This document shows positions 30,401-32,000 of a DNA stretch of 32,000 nucleotides, piece after piece (the first letter of the stretch is position 1; each line of letters opens with the position of its first letter). The DNA comes from Prevotella phage Lak-C1. The DNA lies in the sequence record MK250029.1; one strand, 5' to 3'. The translations under genes were made by a program, and so were the position numbers. A model generated the notes under the pieces. It saw nothing but the letters and a program-made list of their open reading frames with translations, did no database searches and was not told the origin of the DNA.

Positions 30401-30847
30401 ATGAATACAACAGTTAAAATTTCTCCAGCACAGGTTTTCCCAGTAGCTAACAAGATTCGTGCAGCAAAGCACATCTCTATGAAGGAAGCATACGCAGAAG
30501 CAAAGGCACAGCTTATTGCAGAAGCAGAGAATGCAGTGAAGACTGCAGAGACAGTAGTTGAAACACCTACTAATGTAGTTGAGACACCAGCTAATATGAA
30601 GTTGCATACAGAGTTGGTAGAGAAGATGAAGAACGGAAACGTTAAGTTTGTATTCTTCAATAACAAGGGTAAGAAGATTACAACTACAGGTACTCTTGAT
30701 ATGTCAAAGGTTCCTACAAACCGTGAGGTTCAGGGTCGTAAGACTGCGAAGGATGAGAATACTCAGGTATTCTATGATGTTCGACATGGTGTATACCGTT
30801 CTTATCAGAAGGATAAGTTGGTAGAGATTATTTCAAAGAAGAAGTAA
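30401..30847 (+). CDS. Small basic protein with a beta-barrel-like C-terminal domain (resembles DUF2693-type phage proteins)
   Basis: Ala/Glu-rich helical N-terminus, then ELVEKMKNGNVKFVFFNNKGKKITTTGTLDMSKVP...VFYDVRHGVYRSYQKDKLVEI. Confidence 0.7.
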   Translation: MNTTVKISPAQVFPVANKIRAAKHISMKEAYAEAKAQLIAEAENAVKTAETVVETPTNVVETPANMKLHTELVEKMKNGNVKFVFFNNKGKKITTTGTLDMSKVPTNREVQGRKTAKDENTQVFYDVRHGVYRSYQKDKLVEIISKKK

Positions 30848-30868
30848 AATGTCTTATATATGTTAAAG

Positions 30869-30920
30869 AATAATGGTGAGTTTCTTGTAAGTAGACAATT
30901 CACCATTATTCTTATATAAT
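30869..30920. terminator. Intrinsic terminator-like hairpin
   Basis: AAGAATAATGGTGA / TCACCATTATTCTT. Confidence 0.7.
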
Positions 30921-31252
30921 ATATAAATCAATTCGAATAAATATAGAAGTGATTTTATTTAATATGTGAATTGATAATTTGTGAAACATGTGTCTGACGG
31001 AAAGCACATGTATTTTTCGTGCAATGTTCAATTTTAATTAATTTTAATTTTGATAGGTTAAAGGAGTAAACCTATAAGCGCGGAATAATAAAGTCGTATT
31101 GAAAATCAAATTTTGATTCCATAAAAGTTGGAATATGGTTTTTGAAGGCTAAGATGAAGTTATAAAGAATTTAACATATTATATATGTGATATATGTATA
31201 TGTTATTTCTTTTTCATCGAATAATAAAAAATAACATAGAAACAATTAATTT

Positions 31253-31852
31253 ATGAAGAAAAAAGTGATATTAAAGAAAATTTTATTATTTACGCTATTG
31301 TTTTTATTACCTTTCATATCAATAAATGCTGCAACTATTGATAGTAATAATAATGCGTATGGAGAAGTAAATGCAAAGACAACAGTAGTTAAACATACAA
31401 AGTCTAGTATTGAAAATTCGTTAGTTGATGAGGCTAGAACATATATCAAGTCGTTATATCCTGGTTGTCCAGATATAATTCCTAGTTATATTGTAAAAGC
31501 AGGTTTAGCAAATAATATTGATATTTGTTTTATGCTTGCTCAAACACAGTTAGAAACTACCTTTGGCAAGGCAGGTGTAGGAAGAACGTGTTCAAGACGT
31601 TCATTATTTGGTATCGAGAAAAGATACTATAAAACATATAAAGAAGCGATTAATGCGTATGTAGACGTATTGACTTCAAATTATTTAGTAAATGGCCGTA
31701 CAGAACAACATTTATTAAATAATTATGTTAATAAAAACGGTCATCGTTATGCTGGTAATCCTAAGTATGAATATCAACTTAAGAAACATTATAATACAAT
31801 TGCATCTACAACAAAAATAAAGCAATTGCAACGCCAGTACAAGAGATTATAA
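31253..31852 (+). CDS. Secreted glucosaminidase-type endolysin / muramidase-like enzyme
   Basis: N-terminal signal/TM segment; ICFMLAQTQLETTFGKAGVGRTCSRRSLFGIEKRYYKTYKEAINAYVDVLTSNYLVNGRT...NKNGHRYAGNPKYEYQLKKHYNTI. Confidence 0.85.
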   Translation: MKKKVILKKILLFTLLFLLPFISINAATIDSNNNAYGEVNAKTTVVKHTKSSIENSLVDEARTYIKSLYPGCPDIIPSYIVKAGLANNIDICFMLAQTQLETTFGKAGVGRTCSRRSLFGIEKRYYKTYKEAINAYVDVLTSNYLVNGRTEQHLLNNYVNKNGHRYAGNPKYEYQLKKHYNTIASTTKIKQLQRQYKRL

Positions 31853-31916
31853 TTTCGAGTAATCTCAAATCTTCTCGCAAATCAATTTATATACATATTA
31901 AATATTAGTTATATTA

Positions 31917-31957
31917 TGGGGATCTATGTTATGTTTACATGGATCCCCATTTTTAAT
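31917..31957. terminator. Intrinsic terminator
   Basis: GGGGATC...GGATCCCC + T tract. Confidence 0.75.
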
Positions 31958-32000
31958 AAATATAATAAAGAATTTTTATTAAACATATGGCTTTATATTT

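Overview
This 32 kb AT-rich window looks like part of a very large Bacteroidales (Prevotella/Bacteroides-type) tailed phage genome in which TAG is read as Gln (genetic code 15, as in Lak-type or recoded crAss-like phages). Many long genes stay open only if TAG is sense: baseplate spike, 1268-aa contractile tail sheath, SbcC/SbcD pair, a 539-aa protein, two endonuclease-like ORFs and a TnpB/Cas12-like nuclease. Other genes: ClpX interrupted by a LAGLIDADG intein inside Walker B, NrdG, DnaG-like primase, HAD hydrolase, PRPP-synthetase-like protein, GrpE, glucosaminidase endolysin. The best candidate for an undescribed system is a TnpB/Cas12-like RuvC nuclease gene at 2751-4133 (one in-frame TGA). 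Its 3' end carries a structured RNA-like module: a 34-nt core, then an 8-bp hairpin, then an 8-10-bp hairpin, then TTTTCT. A solo copy at about 8775-8926 keeps the core exactly and the hairpins by compensatory changes, like an omegaRNA encoded in trans. The second accessory hot spot is a tRNA/ncRNA island at 27.1-29.7 kb. It contains a tRNA-Gly(TCC) whose anticodon loop is interrupted by an 87-nt insert that itself holds a tRNA-like fold, two more tRNA scaffolds with insertions, a kissing-hairpin element, and long structured non-coding stretches. Genes with a Bacteroidetes-type TATCTTTG promoter motif contain no in-frame TAG, while the baseplate, sheath and recombination genes do. All calls come from reading the sequence; no database search or folding program was run.
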